Shown piece by piece: positions 21,951 to 33,849 of a stretch of DNA of 64,000 bases. This DNA comes from Sphyrna mokarran. Taxonomy: Eukaryota. A program made the position numbers and the translations under genes. Position 1 is the first letter of the stretch. The number at the start of each line of letters is the position of its first letter. The notes below the pieces were generated by a model. It searched no databases. It was not told where the DNA came from and worked only from the letters and a program-made list of their open reading frames with translations. Location of the stretch: assembly GCA_024679065.1 (NCBI GenBank), contig JAGIQG010000020.1, forward strand, positions 8,928,001 through 8,992,000, in the 5' to 3' direction.

Positions 21951-24939
21951 TGTTCATTTAAGTCTATTTCGGGTATTGTGATTAATTCATAAAGAGATGG
22001 TTAAACCGAATGGTTTCTTGGATCTCTTTTAGTAAAGAAAATATCGGATACGTAAGATAAAATAATTGTCTTGATATAATGTCACGGTCAGCAGAGTTGT
22101 GGAATGGTAGTAGATTAAATACTTTTGTAGTTCTCCTGACATTTTGTTACAGATCGTGATCCTAAAGCAATCAAGATACCCTTTAAATGTGGCGGGCGTA
22201 GCAGCCTCAATCATCAACTTAGGCAATGAATTCCAGACGCCCATCACCCTCTCAGTATGAAGAGCTTTCCTCATGTCTCCTTCAATCCTTCTGCCAATCA
22301 CCTTAAATCTATGCCCCCTGGTAATTGGGAAAACAGGTCTTTCTTGATCAGCTTTACTAAACCCATCATAATCTTGTAGACATCAGTTAAATCAACTTTT
22401 ATCATGTCGCTCTAAAAGGTGGAAGAAACAAATAGTAAAAAGCATAAAACATACGAATCTGTCAATGTTAGAGTGTATATATGAAAACACAAGGTCCAAA
22501 TCAAATAAGACCAATGAACAGAGTGCATAGATAGACACATAGAAGCTTGGTATCCTGGCCATAACGGAAACCTGGCAGATAGACGGAGAAAATGGGATCT
22601 CAAAGTTCCTGGATTTAGACCTTCATGCAGGATCCGTCAAGGTTCCATCTTACTAACTGAAAGGACAACCTTTCTCGTGGAAAGACAGAAGTCAACGCTG
22701 TTCACTGCATTAATGTTCCTGTAGTCAGTGCAGAACCTTATGCATCCATGGAGCTTGGTCACGAGCACAAATGGTGAACTCCAGTTGCTGCTGCACTATT
22801 ACTTGGTAGACCAATATAAAGTTAATTTCATCCAAAGTTGGGCCAGTGCTTTTGGGCTCAGACCGTAAGTTGTTGCCCCACTTATGGGAGGGATCTCTCA
22901 CACATCCATATCACGTAGAGGTACTATGATGCAACGTGACTTTTCTCTACTAAAGTCTTTAAATACAGTGAACGGTAGTTGCACATTCTTTTACTGTACA
23001 TGCATCTGAATTGATACTTGTGTCACGACGAGTGACAGTGGAAATTGTTCCCAGTTTGCCTTTAACTAGGGTCGACATGCTCTGCGGTCAGTGGATAGGC
23101 ATATGGATAGCATTGGAATAGTTTAGGTTAGAGGGTCATAAAATTGGTTCCATTGGTCGGCGCAACATCGAGGGCCAAAGGGCCTGTACTGCATTGTAAT
23201 GTTCTATGTTCTATGACAGGCATACTAACATCAGCGTCCTTGAAGGAGTCAAGAGCACTAGCCACGAGGCCATGATCATCTGAAACCAACTCCACTCAAT
23301 GACCATGTGGCCATGTGCTTAGCATGCCAGAGTCCTGATGGCCAAAGCAAATTTACTTCACCAACCCCAAGGAAGGCACTTGAACAGGACGAAGACAAAG
23401 CAAGTGCTTCAAAAACACCCTGAAGTCTTACCTCAAAAAATGTAACATGGATAGAAATGCAACGTTGAAGTAAATGCCTGCACGACCCTTGTTCAGAAAA
23501 GATCAAGCCGAGGGAGCCTCCAGAACACTCGACAGTGAGAGGAGATCCAGAAAAGGAATCTGAGAAAGGAATGCCAGTGATTTCGAGTCCAAGGAGCAAT
23601 GCCACCTCCCCGAATTACCTGCCAGATGTGTGTTCAGAGGTGTGAATCTCGGATTGTGTTTGTTAAACATGCAAGGACTCACAAAACTCATGAGCATTGA
23701 CATGGTGTTTCTTAAGTAAACAGTCATTCTAATTAGTGAGAGATCATCAAAGAATAAGAAAATTCTGAAACTGTCCCTCATTTACAAAAGTGCCCTCGCC
23801 CTTCCCTCAGCCAGGGCCAGCATCCTCCTTTCATCTATCCTGTCAAGCACTGAATGAATTTAGTGTACTTCGATGAGGTCACCTCTCATTCTCCTAAATT
23901 CTAGAAGATGCAGATCCAGATGCCTCAATTGCTTCTTTTAGGGCAATGCTGCCAATCAGCCTGGTGAAGCATTGTTGCACACTGCATATAGCAAATGAAT
24001 CCTGCCTCTGCTAAGGAGACCAAATCTGTACACATTAGTCATGTGCAGTCACACCAAGCTTTGATACAGTTGTATAAGAATTATTTATCCTGACACTAAA
24101 TTCTCTTGCAGCAATGGCCAACATGCCATTTGCCTTCCGAATTGCTTGCTTCAACTGAATGTTAGCATTCCGTCACTTATGACCAAGGAGATCCAAGCCC
24201 CGTTGTATATCAATTCTTCCCAATCTCTCACTATTTAAAAAAAGGAAACTGAATATAGTTTTGTTACCAAGGTGGATAACTTCACATGTTTCCATGTTAT
24301 GTTTCGTCTGCCAGGTTTTTGCTCAGTCACTTGGATGACAGTCTTTAAGTCTCTTTGCATCACCCTCACAACTCATTCCTATCTAAAGCAAGAGTGGAAA
24401 TATTACATTTTGTCCCCAAACCCAAGCCATAGATATTGATTGTAAACATCTGGGATACAAGCACTGGTCCTTCTGACAACCCACTAATCACAATTTGACA
24501 ACCTGAAATGGGCCGTCTATTCCTTCAGTTTTTTAGAGTCTAATAACTCCTTCTCAATCCATGCTAGAATATTACAAATCCAATATTTTTTGTATTTACT
24601 AACCTTATGCATGGGACCTCATACGCAAAGTCTTCAAAACTCCAAATACACCACATTCAACAACTTCCCGTTACCAATTCTGCTATTTGTACTTTCAAAA
24701 AAAACTAATAGGTTCATCGAACATTATTCTCTTTCGAAATCCATATTGGCTCTGTACAACTTGACCCGTTGTCACATTCTTTATCTTAAATTATACCTCT
24801 ACTACTGAGATCAAGCTAATTGGTCTGCAGTTACAGGTTTTTTTTCTCTCTCTCCTCTCTTAAATAGTGGAGTTATATTTGAAAACTTATAATCTGCTGG
24901 TATTGCTCCAGAATTTATAGAATTTCGAAATCGCCATCA

Positions 24940-25270
24940 GGGCAATGTGGTGGCTAACATTCTGGCCTCACAGTGCTAAAGACTAGGCTTCGATTCCACC
25001 TTAGATGATTGGCTGGGTGGAATTTGCATGTTCTCCCTGTGTCTGTGTGGGTTTCATCGGGTGCTCTGGTTTTCTTCCACAATTCAAAAATATGCAGTTA
25101 GATGGATTGTCCATGCTAAAATTGCCTCTTAATGTCCCAAGGTGTGTAGGCTATGGGGATTAGTGGCGTAAGTACGTGAGGTTAGGGCTTGGGTGAGATG
25201 CTCTGTCGGAGAGTAAGTGCAGGTTCGGTGGGCCCAACAACCTGCTTGTGGGCTGCAGGGATTCTATGAT
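24940..25270 (+). mobile_element. HE1/V-SINE-like element
   Basis: tRNA-like head (ggcttcgattcc), core gtgtctgtgtgggtttc...ggtgctctggtttt, tail gggattctatgatt. Confidence 0.65.
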
Positions 25271-27629
25271 TGCATGATTTTATTCCATGATCCAATACGC
25301 CCACTATCCCTACAGCCAACTTTCTGAAAATGTGGTCCAAATTTTCTTTCGGTTCAAATGAGTTTCATTCAAACAAATTCATGTTTTTCTGATCGTGAAA
25401 CTTAAGCAGCCCGGTGCTTTCTGCTTATTCTACCACAACATGAAAACAGCAAAGTAGAGTGGCGCAGTTGTCGTACGCAGAGCTATTCTAACACAGTACA
25501 ATATTCTCAGTGATGCTGGTCGATTTCTTTCTCGCAAAATCTTTTTCCTCACTTGAACCAATTTAAATACAAAGTTCGTTAACTTTAAATGCAATAACAT
25601 TCTTAAAATCAGGCAACAAAGTGTTTTAGTGACAGATTTCTGACGAAAAACGTTGGAGGGAAAGTGGAGGAGAGGGGATACTGAGCGACGCAGGAAGATG
25701 GTCGTAGTGTTACGGGGGTTGGGAAGCTTGAGATACAGCAATTGGATTTCTCTGCACCTCTGGAAAGTCGACAGTGCAACACTACTACTCTGAGCTGTTT
25801 CGTTCCCCCAATCTATTCATTAATGCATCAAATGGACATCTCGCATTCCATTTTCTCATTTCATAACAAAGGCAAATTTTCTTCATGAAAATAACGATTA
25901 TTAACTTGGTTCAGTTAAAAAAGCAATTCTGCCAGTTAATTCATATCTCCTCAATTGTAATCCAGGATAATCTTATTTAAGATTATCACTCCAACCATTC
26001 ATGTATGTTCTTATCAATTGTTACCTTAGGCACGAACATAAGAATGGTTCAACCTTGTCTTGTTTCTAAATGTAAACATTAAAAGTAGTAACATAATACG
26101 GCTAACGTTATATACTTATAAAAGGTGAACTAAAAATATAAGTTTTTTTTAATTATCATGGGTTAGATTACTTGCTATCTTTTCCAGCACTCTGCTTGTT
26201 ATTGAAGGCACACCTTTCAATATATTGCTGTATGTTTATTGCTGTAAAGTACATGTAGTAATCATATTACGTAACAGAATTTGCTCTTTTTCTAAATTGC
26301 AATGTCATGAGTTTTTAAAAGAATTATAAGAAGTTTTAATTTATTTGTGCATTTTAATATAAATATTGATTGGTTTAATATCTTCAGTTAGAAATAACTA
26401 GGTTCATTATATCAAAATATTATCTTTTTGGCGTGCCTTATTCATCGTCAGTGCAACATACATGAAATAGTTGCTTTCAGGAAACCACAAGTCACTTCTA
26501 AGCTGGCTCCCTTTGGTCTAGTTGTTTCCTTCAGTAACTTTGGGCTGAGAATGACTGCTTTTCAAAATTGAAAACTGTTACCTACGTTGCTAATAGTTTG
26601 CGTTTTACTGCAATTGTATTTGCACCAATGTACTTACGGCAGTCCGAAATCAATCTACACAAAATATCTTATACACTGAAGGGAAACGTTGATTTGTGTA
26701 GTGCTAAATTTTTAAAAGAACGACTCTTGCCTGAGTTCAAGTAAAAACGGCAAACGCTCAAATAACATAGCAGTCTGTCAGCGTCTAAGAGAAAAACATA
26801 GTTCACGGTCTAACTCCATATGACTTCTTCCCAAGATCATAGTGGAGTAAGAGTCATATTGGATTCGAAATGTTAAATATTGCTTCTCCATGAAAGTTGG
26901 CAGACCAGCTGAGTTTTTCAAGCACACTCCGCTTTTATTGGAGATTTCCAGCATCCATAGTATTTTGACTTAAACTTAACTGAGTTACTTGCGGTCGAAG
27001 GCCTCACAGAACCTGAAGATATGATTTAATTTTTTGACTTGATTTGATTTATTATTGTCATATACTTTAGTATACAGTGAAAAGTATTGTTTCTTGCGCG
27101 TTACGCAGACAAAGCATAGGGAAAGAAACGAGAGAAAGCAGAATGTGGTGCTAAAGTTATAGGAAGAGTGTAACGAAAGGCCAACCTTATGCAAGGTAGG
27201 TCCATTCAAAAGTCTGATGGCAGCAGAAAATGCTTCATAATATACTTAGCAACCAATTAAAATGAATGGATATTTTTAGTAAGAACGTGGTGCCAGTATC
27301 CAAAAGAGGCGCGGTTAATGGATGTGTCCTGAATTTCTGTAACTAGGTAATTTAGAAATTCTTACATTAAGTGCTATGAACTATTGTCAGAAAAAAATCT
27401 ACATCATGATGACCGCTGTCGGCACACTGCAACACTCAGCCAGATCTATCTTGAAAATTATGTTGCAAGATTATTTCCATATCTACGCATACGATTACCA
27501 TTGATTTTACATAAAATGTGCAGATTGCAACAAAAAAATCACAATTCCTCACAATTAGAATGTTGCTGGGAATTGTTTCCACGGAAGCAGATTGATAAGA
27601 ATCGCAACGCTTGAGTTAATTGCAGTAAT

Positions 27630-27635
27630 TTTATT
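27630..27635 (-). terminator. Polyadenylation signal of IgL cluster 2
   Basis: AATAAA on the minus strand at the position paralogous to 10665-10670. Confidence 0.6.
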
Positions 27636-27822
27636 GCATTGCGAGTATTTGCAATATTACATTTTGACAGTTAAGTGTGGATGCATTAAATACAGGCAGC
27701 CAGAGCGAGTCAACAAACTGCCGATTGTGGTGCTTTATTTAAAATGTACCTTTTTACAGCAGTTGATTTTTTTAAACAAACAATGCTGCCAATATCACAA
27801 ATCTGCGCATTAGATCTTGGAA

Positions 27823-28119
27823 TCATATACAACTGGATCTGGAGATGCTTGTTTGAAGCGGGTTTGCTTGAGTCTTGTGTTTAACCACACAGGAATAAAG
27901 CTCGTGTGAGTTCCACTCTGAGACTGAAAGTGTTGTCCGCCTCCTGCTGGACCCGACTGGCCCCAACCCCATTCCCTCTGACGCTGCCATCTACAGTCCA
28001 TTCAATCTCCGCAGCTCCGGGGATAAAACCGCTCACCAAACACACAAGGGTCGCCATGTTCTTCGCTGCGATTTGATCTAATGACGGTGGAAGCACCGAC
28101 ACAATGGACTTCTGTGGAT
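27823..28119 (-). pseudogene. IGLC: Ig lambda constant exon, cluster 2 (26 bp frameshifting deletion)
   Basis: PQKSIVSVLPPSLDQIAAKNMATLVCLVSGF...QQEADNTFS, then a deletion at 27923/27922 (297 bp versus 323 bp in cluster 1) causes a stop at 27881-27883. The original frame ends SRSSCI*. Confidence 0.92.
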
Positions 28120-30780
28120 CTGAAAAATGGATAAGACAGATAAGATCCATTCTTATCCATTCTTATCTGATAAAAAGAGTCGGAATCAATGTTTTACATT
28201 ATTGAAACCTTTGAAAGTCGACCGTCACTGTGCAAAGCTGCGGGGAAATTAATGCAAGGAATCGTCATTAATATTAACTGCACAACCACTGTCCCCAATA
28301 TATGTCCTGTGAAGATATCCCTAACTTTTCTGCAAGACTAGAAACATACGCAATATCGTAAGTGAAAATTGAATCTTAGCGAAAATGAATGCAGAAAATA
28401 GCATCAATATGTACAAAGCAAGTGATCGGCACTCGGAATAAATCCTGGGACGAAGTTGGGAGCAAAGATTCCGCCTAAGTAAACTCAGAACATTCGATTC
28501 TAAACAATTTATTGCTGAACAAACTATTAAGAACTTTCCAGTTTTCGCTTATTTTCACAGAAATTGTAATATAGGGCTAATATCCTGATTACTGTACATT
28601 CACTGCCCTGGCCGCTTTGCCCCTTCGTAGCTTGCATCAGATTTCACACCAGTTCTCAGACCCATTCCCCTACAGCCCCAACCCTGGTCTGACTATAATG
28701 TGTAACTCTGCAGAAGGCTATTTGGTTACATACCAAACAATCTATTTGGAAGATCATTGGGCTACAGACTCTCAAGTGGAAACTTTTCAACAAATGAAAA
28801 ACAGTTTCCTGTAAATAATGCTGCTACGTAACCAGTTATATCCATATGATATAATAATAATCGAACAACAATCTCATTGTACAAACAATGCAACCAATGT
28901 GATTTAGCCAATAATTTATCCCTCAATCAATATCGCTTCAATAGATTAACTGTTGATTGATGTTTGTGGATCTTTGTCCTGCGGAAATAGACTACTGCGT
29001 TTCATAAAGCTTGCCTGCTATGAAAATAAAATGCACACAATCGACTAAAACAGGCTCGGGTATCCCGATGTCGTGATGGCGCCATGCTGATACAAGTTCC
29101 TAAGAAATAGTCCCATGATAGTAACAATGGGTTTTGACCCAGGGTAATATGATTGAAGATAGAATGTCACAATCTACTGTCTCTTTGACTAACCATTCAC
29201 ACTAGGCAGTACAAGAAACAGCTGTAATGGCAAACTCTCGGTAAGTTATTTTAATACAAATCAAAGGAGAAAATGTTGAAATATTACTACTTTTTTCCAA
29301 TTCTACAATTAGATGGCGTATTAATAATCCACTGCAGTCCAGAGAATTTCGACTCGGAACCTATGACGTTGCATTATCTTTTGACACAATAATTGGGAGA
29401 CTGAACCGGGTTGCCTGACAAGTGCAGTTAATCCCGTTTATCGGAGTTTTATAGTATTCCAGAATTGAATTGAACATCATAATACAAAAATATCTGAAAT
29501 CCCATGGGATTTTTGAGTAATCTTTGCCATCAGTGTGTAACATTGTCTGAGCAAAAATGTATCGACACTAACATTTCTACTAAGGCTGTGCTACTCGGGG
29601 ATAATTGAAAATATGATAGAGCATTTTCCCTAACCCATCCCAGCCCTTATCACTGTGATACCGCCGGATAAACCAAGTCACAATGTGATGGAGTATGCGA
29701 ATTTTTAGTTACACAAATTTTCCCAGGCTAATCACACAATAAGTAGTAATGTTCAACTGAGCGAATTAGAAAGCAGGTACAACGATATGAACACCACATC
29801 CGAAACATATGCACACAATTCACCAGGATGGTAGTTAATGAACCAGTGGCATGTCAAAGAATTAGATACATGTCAGTCACGGCGTTTGTTATTCAGTTAT
29901 TACGAAAATGTAAGAGTGCTAATGATTGCCAGTCGCAGATCACTAGTATTGTTATTGTACCGGGGGAGGGATGGGGTGGTTACTGCGAAATGGAGGATTG
30001 AGAATCTTGCTTTCTGAACTGTTTCGCTGAGTTTGGAGACGAGATTGCAGTAAGTTATCAGATGAACGTTACCATTCTGACAATGGGGATTGATGCGCAG
30101 TATTGCTGTCAGTGAAATGAACTTTTGATTTTGTGTTTTAGCCTCTTAACCAGCGCTATCAACCTAAAAAAACTTTGTGAGACTCTTGAAATTCTAGGAC
30201 ACAAAATGAGGACAAACACGTTCTTTGAAAACAGCGCGCACTGAGTCAACTTCCAGCATAATTGTGTTTCCTTCTTAGATTGCTTCTCTGTTTTCCGTTG
30301 AAGTATTATCATCGCTCTGCTCGCCCTATTAATACAGGTAAGAGGCCGCAATGCGAGTAGCATTAAACAATGTATTCTATCGTGGCCCTGCAGCTCTCTA
30401 GCAATGATATTTAATTGATATTCCCATGGCCGGAAAGTGGAAATTTTAGCTGCCATCTCGCTGGAAGAATATGGAGCAAATATCCGCCAGAGCATTCAGT
30501 GAACCTAATTTCGCTTTCCTTCTCTCCTAGTTAAAACCAGGTAGTATGTTTTCATCTGAGAAAAAATTGTCCCGGACACGTTTAAAAGCCTGGATGTTGT
30601 CCGCAAAATTGGTCGCACTGACTAACTTTTGCATGGCATACGACACTGGTTCACTAGCTCTGTCTAAATGTATTTAAATGACAGTAGCCGTGATTTGCTA
30701 TAATTCAATCTGTCAAACCAATATGCTTGAAGTGTTTTATTTTTCAGTGTCCGCAGTAATGCGGCAAATAATTTACTTGC

Positions 30781-31122
30781 TGCCCAGATTTAGCTTGGTT
30801 CCTCTACCGAAGTTGTACATTCTGCTGCTAGGTACACAACAGTAATAATCGGCGGCGTCCTCTGATTGCACGTTGGTGATGGTTGAATGCATCTTGTTAC
30901 TCGATGAGTCCATAGACCCGGTGTATCGATCTGGAATATCCGAAGCCGTCCCATAGCTCTTCTCCAAACAAGCACAGGGACACTGCCGGGTTTCTGCAGG
31001 TACCAGGTCGCGTAGTAGCTGCCAATGCTGCCTCCGGATAGGGTACAGGTGATCTTTGACAGTCTTTCCCGGGGAAGTTGAGGCGGATCCTGGCTGGGTC
31101 AGGACAATATCTCCGATGGTAC
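30781..31122 (-). pseudogene. IGLV: Germline-joined VJ exon, Ig lambda cluster 2 (two compensating indels, GC donor)
   Basis: DIVLTQPGSASTSPGKTV, a +1 insertion at 31055-31057, a -1 deletion near 30963, then ...EDAADYYCCVPSSRMYNFGRGTKLNLG. The donor reads GCAAGT. Confidence 0.9.
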
Positions 31123-31257
31123 CTGGTGAAATAAGTTATTGGCCTGTTAGGCTCTACCATTGTGAATATTGTTAGCAATTCAGTTCCGTTAAAGCCAAGC
31201 ACAGAGAATAAACGCAATAAAGATTGCAGCAAAAGTGAAAGTTAACGCAACAACTAC

Positions 31258-31300
31258 TTTGAAGACAGAGTATTAGTGCGACAAGAACTCTAACAGTCAT
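31258..31300 (-). pseudogene. Leader exon, Ig lambda cluster 2
   Basis: MTVRVLVALILCLQ plus one base, then donor GTAGTT; paralogous to 14307-14349. Confidence 0.88.
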
Positions 31301-31422
31301 GGTGAAGACCCTAGTGAGGGTCAGACTGAAATACTTCTTGACACAGTGTGTTGCTGGACTCTTTCTACACCTCTTCTTAAAGAAATTTCAATCTTGACAA
31401 TGTCATTGAATATTAAATATGT

Positions 31423-31488
31423 ATGCAAAACCCCGTCACTTAACGCGGGCAATAGGATTTTGCGTCCTGAGTTAACTATTATTTGCAT
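31423..31488 (-). promoter_or_regulatory. Ig promoter octamers, cluster 2
   Basis: ATGCAAAA at 31423-31430 and a perfect ATTTGCAT at 31481-31488. Confidence 0.65.
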
Positions 31489-31784
31489 AGGCGTACGTCA
31501 GCTATTTTAAAAAAGGCGAAACAAAATGTCAAAAAACAGATTTCAACCCCTGAATAAACAGATACCAGGAAGATGAAATAGCGGGTGAAACATGGGTGAC
31601 TGGATGACCAGAGTATGTGGACTTTAGAAAACAGAGCAGTATGACAAAGCGGAAAAGCTCGTGGCAGTAAACTGATTTGTGACTGTATGATTCCGCGAAA
31701 ACTCGAAGTGGAAAAGGAGAGTGCGAGTTGAGTTTGAGCATAGCGAGAAATTAAAGAGATTGAGCAGCCTCCTTACTGAGAAAA

Positions 31785-31890
31785 CATGATAGATAGGTGA
31801 GCAAAAGGATAGATGGATAGAGAGAGACAGAGACAGAGAGAGAGAGAGATAGATAGATAGAAGGAGACGTGCAGACAGTGAAGGAGGGAA
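31785..31890. repeat. Short GATA/GA microsatellite
   Basis: gatagatag and gagaga runs at the position paralogous to the long repeat in unit A. Confidence 0.8.
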
Positions 31891-32264
31891 AATGCACAAA
31901 AGCATTTTAGATTGATTGCGCCTTGGAATGTTAGTTAAATGCCAGGCGTAGGGAGCGTTGGTGAATTAAGTGTTCTGAGAAAAAGTGTTCTGATAAATGA
32001 AGTCTTTCATCAGAAGTTTTATTAATGGACCAGAGATGAATACTTAATGTCAAAGAAGACTACGAGTTTATTATATCAAGATTTTGAAGAATAAATGATG
32101 AGTAAGTCAAATAAAGCAGTTATTAATTAAAATGGTGATAGCTATGAAAACTTCAACATCAAGCATGACTTTGCGACCTTATCGTAGAAAACATTATTCC
32201 AAATTCCATTTGTACCTAGTTTAAAAATAGCTCCTAAAATTTACAATTGACTCTTAAATATTCA

Positions 32265-32595
32265 TAGAATCACAAAATCCCTGCAGAAGGAGGCCATTCG
32301 ACTATCAAGTTTGCATCGACATTTCCTCCCCTCTCCCACCCCCACCTTCAGGGCCGTACCCCATTTATTTACTCCACCAATCCCTTGACACTAAGGGGAA
32401 ATTCATCATGGCCAATCCACCTCATCTGCATATCTTTGGATTGTGGGAGGAAATTGGAACTTCCGGAGGAAACCCACACAGACACGGAAAGAATGTGTAA
32501 ACCCCATATAGACACAGCCAAGGTTGGAATTGAGCCCCGTTTTCTGCAGTTGTGAGGTAGCAGCGCTAAAACTGTGCCACTGTGCCACCGTGCCA
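32265..32595 (-). mobile_element. HE1/V-SINE-like element
   Basis: Reverse complement GGCACGGTGGCACAGTGGCACAGTTTTAGCGCTGCTACCTCACA... followed by the SINE core. Confidence 0.7.
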
Positions 32596-33849
32596 TCCTC
32601 AAAAAATAATAGTTCAATTATTTAAATTTAAATAATAGTTTAAATTTATCAATAAATCAATTATAGTTAATGATGCCATAACTTTCCGTTTTCCTCTAGA
32701 TGAACACCTGGCGGGAGGCTGATTGGCTTAGCTGGGATACCTCGTGCGTGTTTCAGAGCAATGCCAATGGCACCGATCCGATTCCGGTTCCGGCTGCGAT
32801 GGACTCGGGACCTGTCATCTCGTCCTGCGCCCGGAAGTGAAGACAACGGCAAACCACCACTGACAAAGGCCTGCCATGAAAACGGCTGGGTCCAAAGCAT
32901 CAGCAGACAATGGGCCAATGTTCTATCTTCGGCAGAGGATAGATGAACAAGTGAACAGGGGAGGTACCAAGCATTAGGAAATAGCGAATGTAGCACATCT
33001 GCTCATGAAAATGTGTGAGAAAATTTCTAACATACATGGATCGAACAGTTGGTAAATAAGACTTCAGAAAGGCAAACAATCAAAGATAATTGGGTTTATT
33101 GAAGTGAGCCAGCATGGGTTTATGAAAAGCAATTTGCGTTTGACTAACAAAATTGCATTTTCTCAGTAAACATCAAAAAGGTTGATGAGGGGAATGCAGT
33201 CGATGTTGTTTATATAGATTTTAAGAAATCCTTTAGCAAAATCCCTAATGAAAGCTGGTTAACAAAACTGAGGATCCCATGGAATAGGAGGGTTAATTTG
33301 ATGTTGGGCTTGTAAAAAAAAATGCCTTAAGGACAGAAAACTTATCCGGTTTTTTTTTAGTATGGGGAATGGTAAACATTGATGTTTCCCAACTGCCAGT
33401 GCTGGGAACGTTGGCTACAATGTAAAACTTCAAGCTGTGACAAACAGGGAATATGATAACTATTAACTGCAACAATACATAGACAGCGAGAGGAATTCAC
33501 AGACAAGTGACAGATGAAATTTAATGCAGGTGTGTGTGCTGATGAATTTTGCCAGAACGAACAGAGTGAGTCAATGCATTTTTATTTTAATTTCAGTAAT
33601 GGGATGTGGACATTGGTCAGTATTTATTGTCCAAACTTAATTGCCCCTAAGTAGATCTTTATTTATGTATGATTTACAATATATTTGAATTGCACCTTCT
33701 AAATGCTGTGCAGGGCTGGGGGAGAGCGGCTGAGTGTTCTGTGCATGGTTTTTTAAAGGTAGCCGGGCAAACTGAGAATCCATTGTTTTGTTTCTTTCAT
33801 GGAATGTGGACATAGATGCAAAGGCCAGCATTTGTTTCCATAACGTAAG

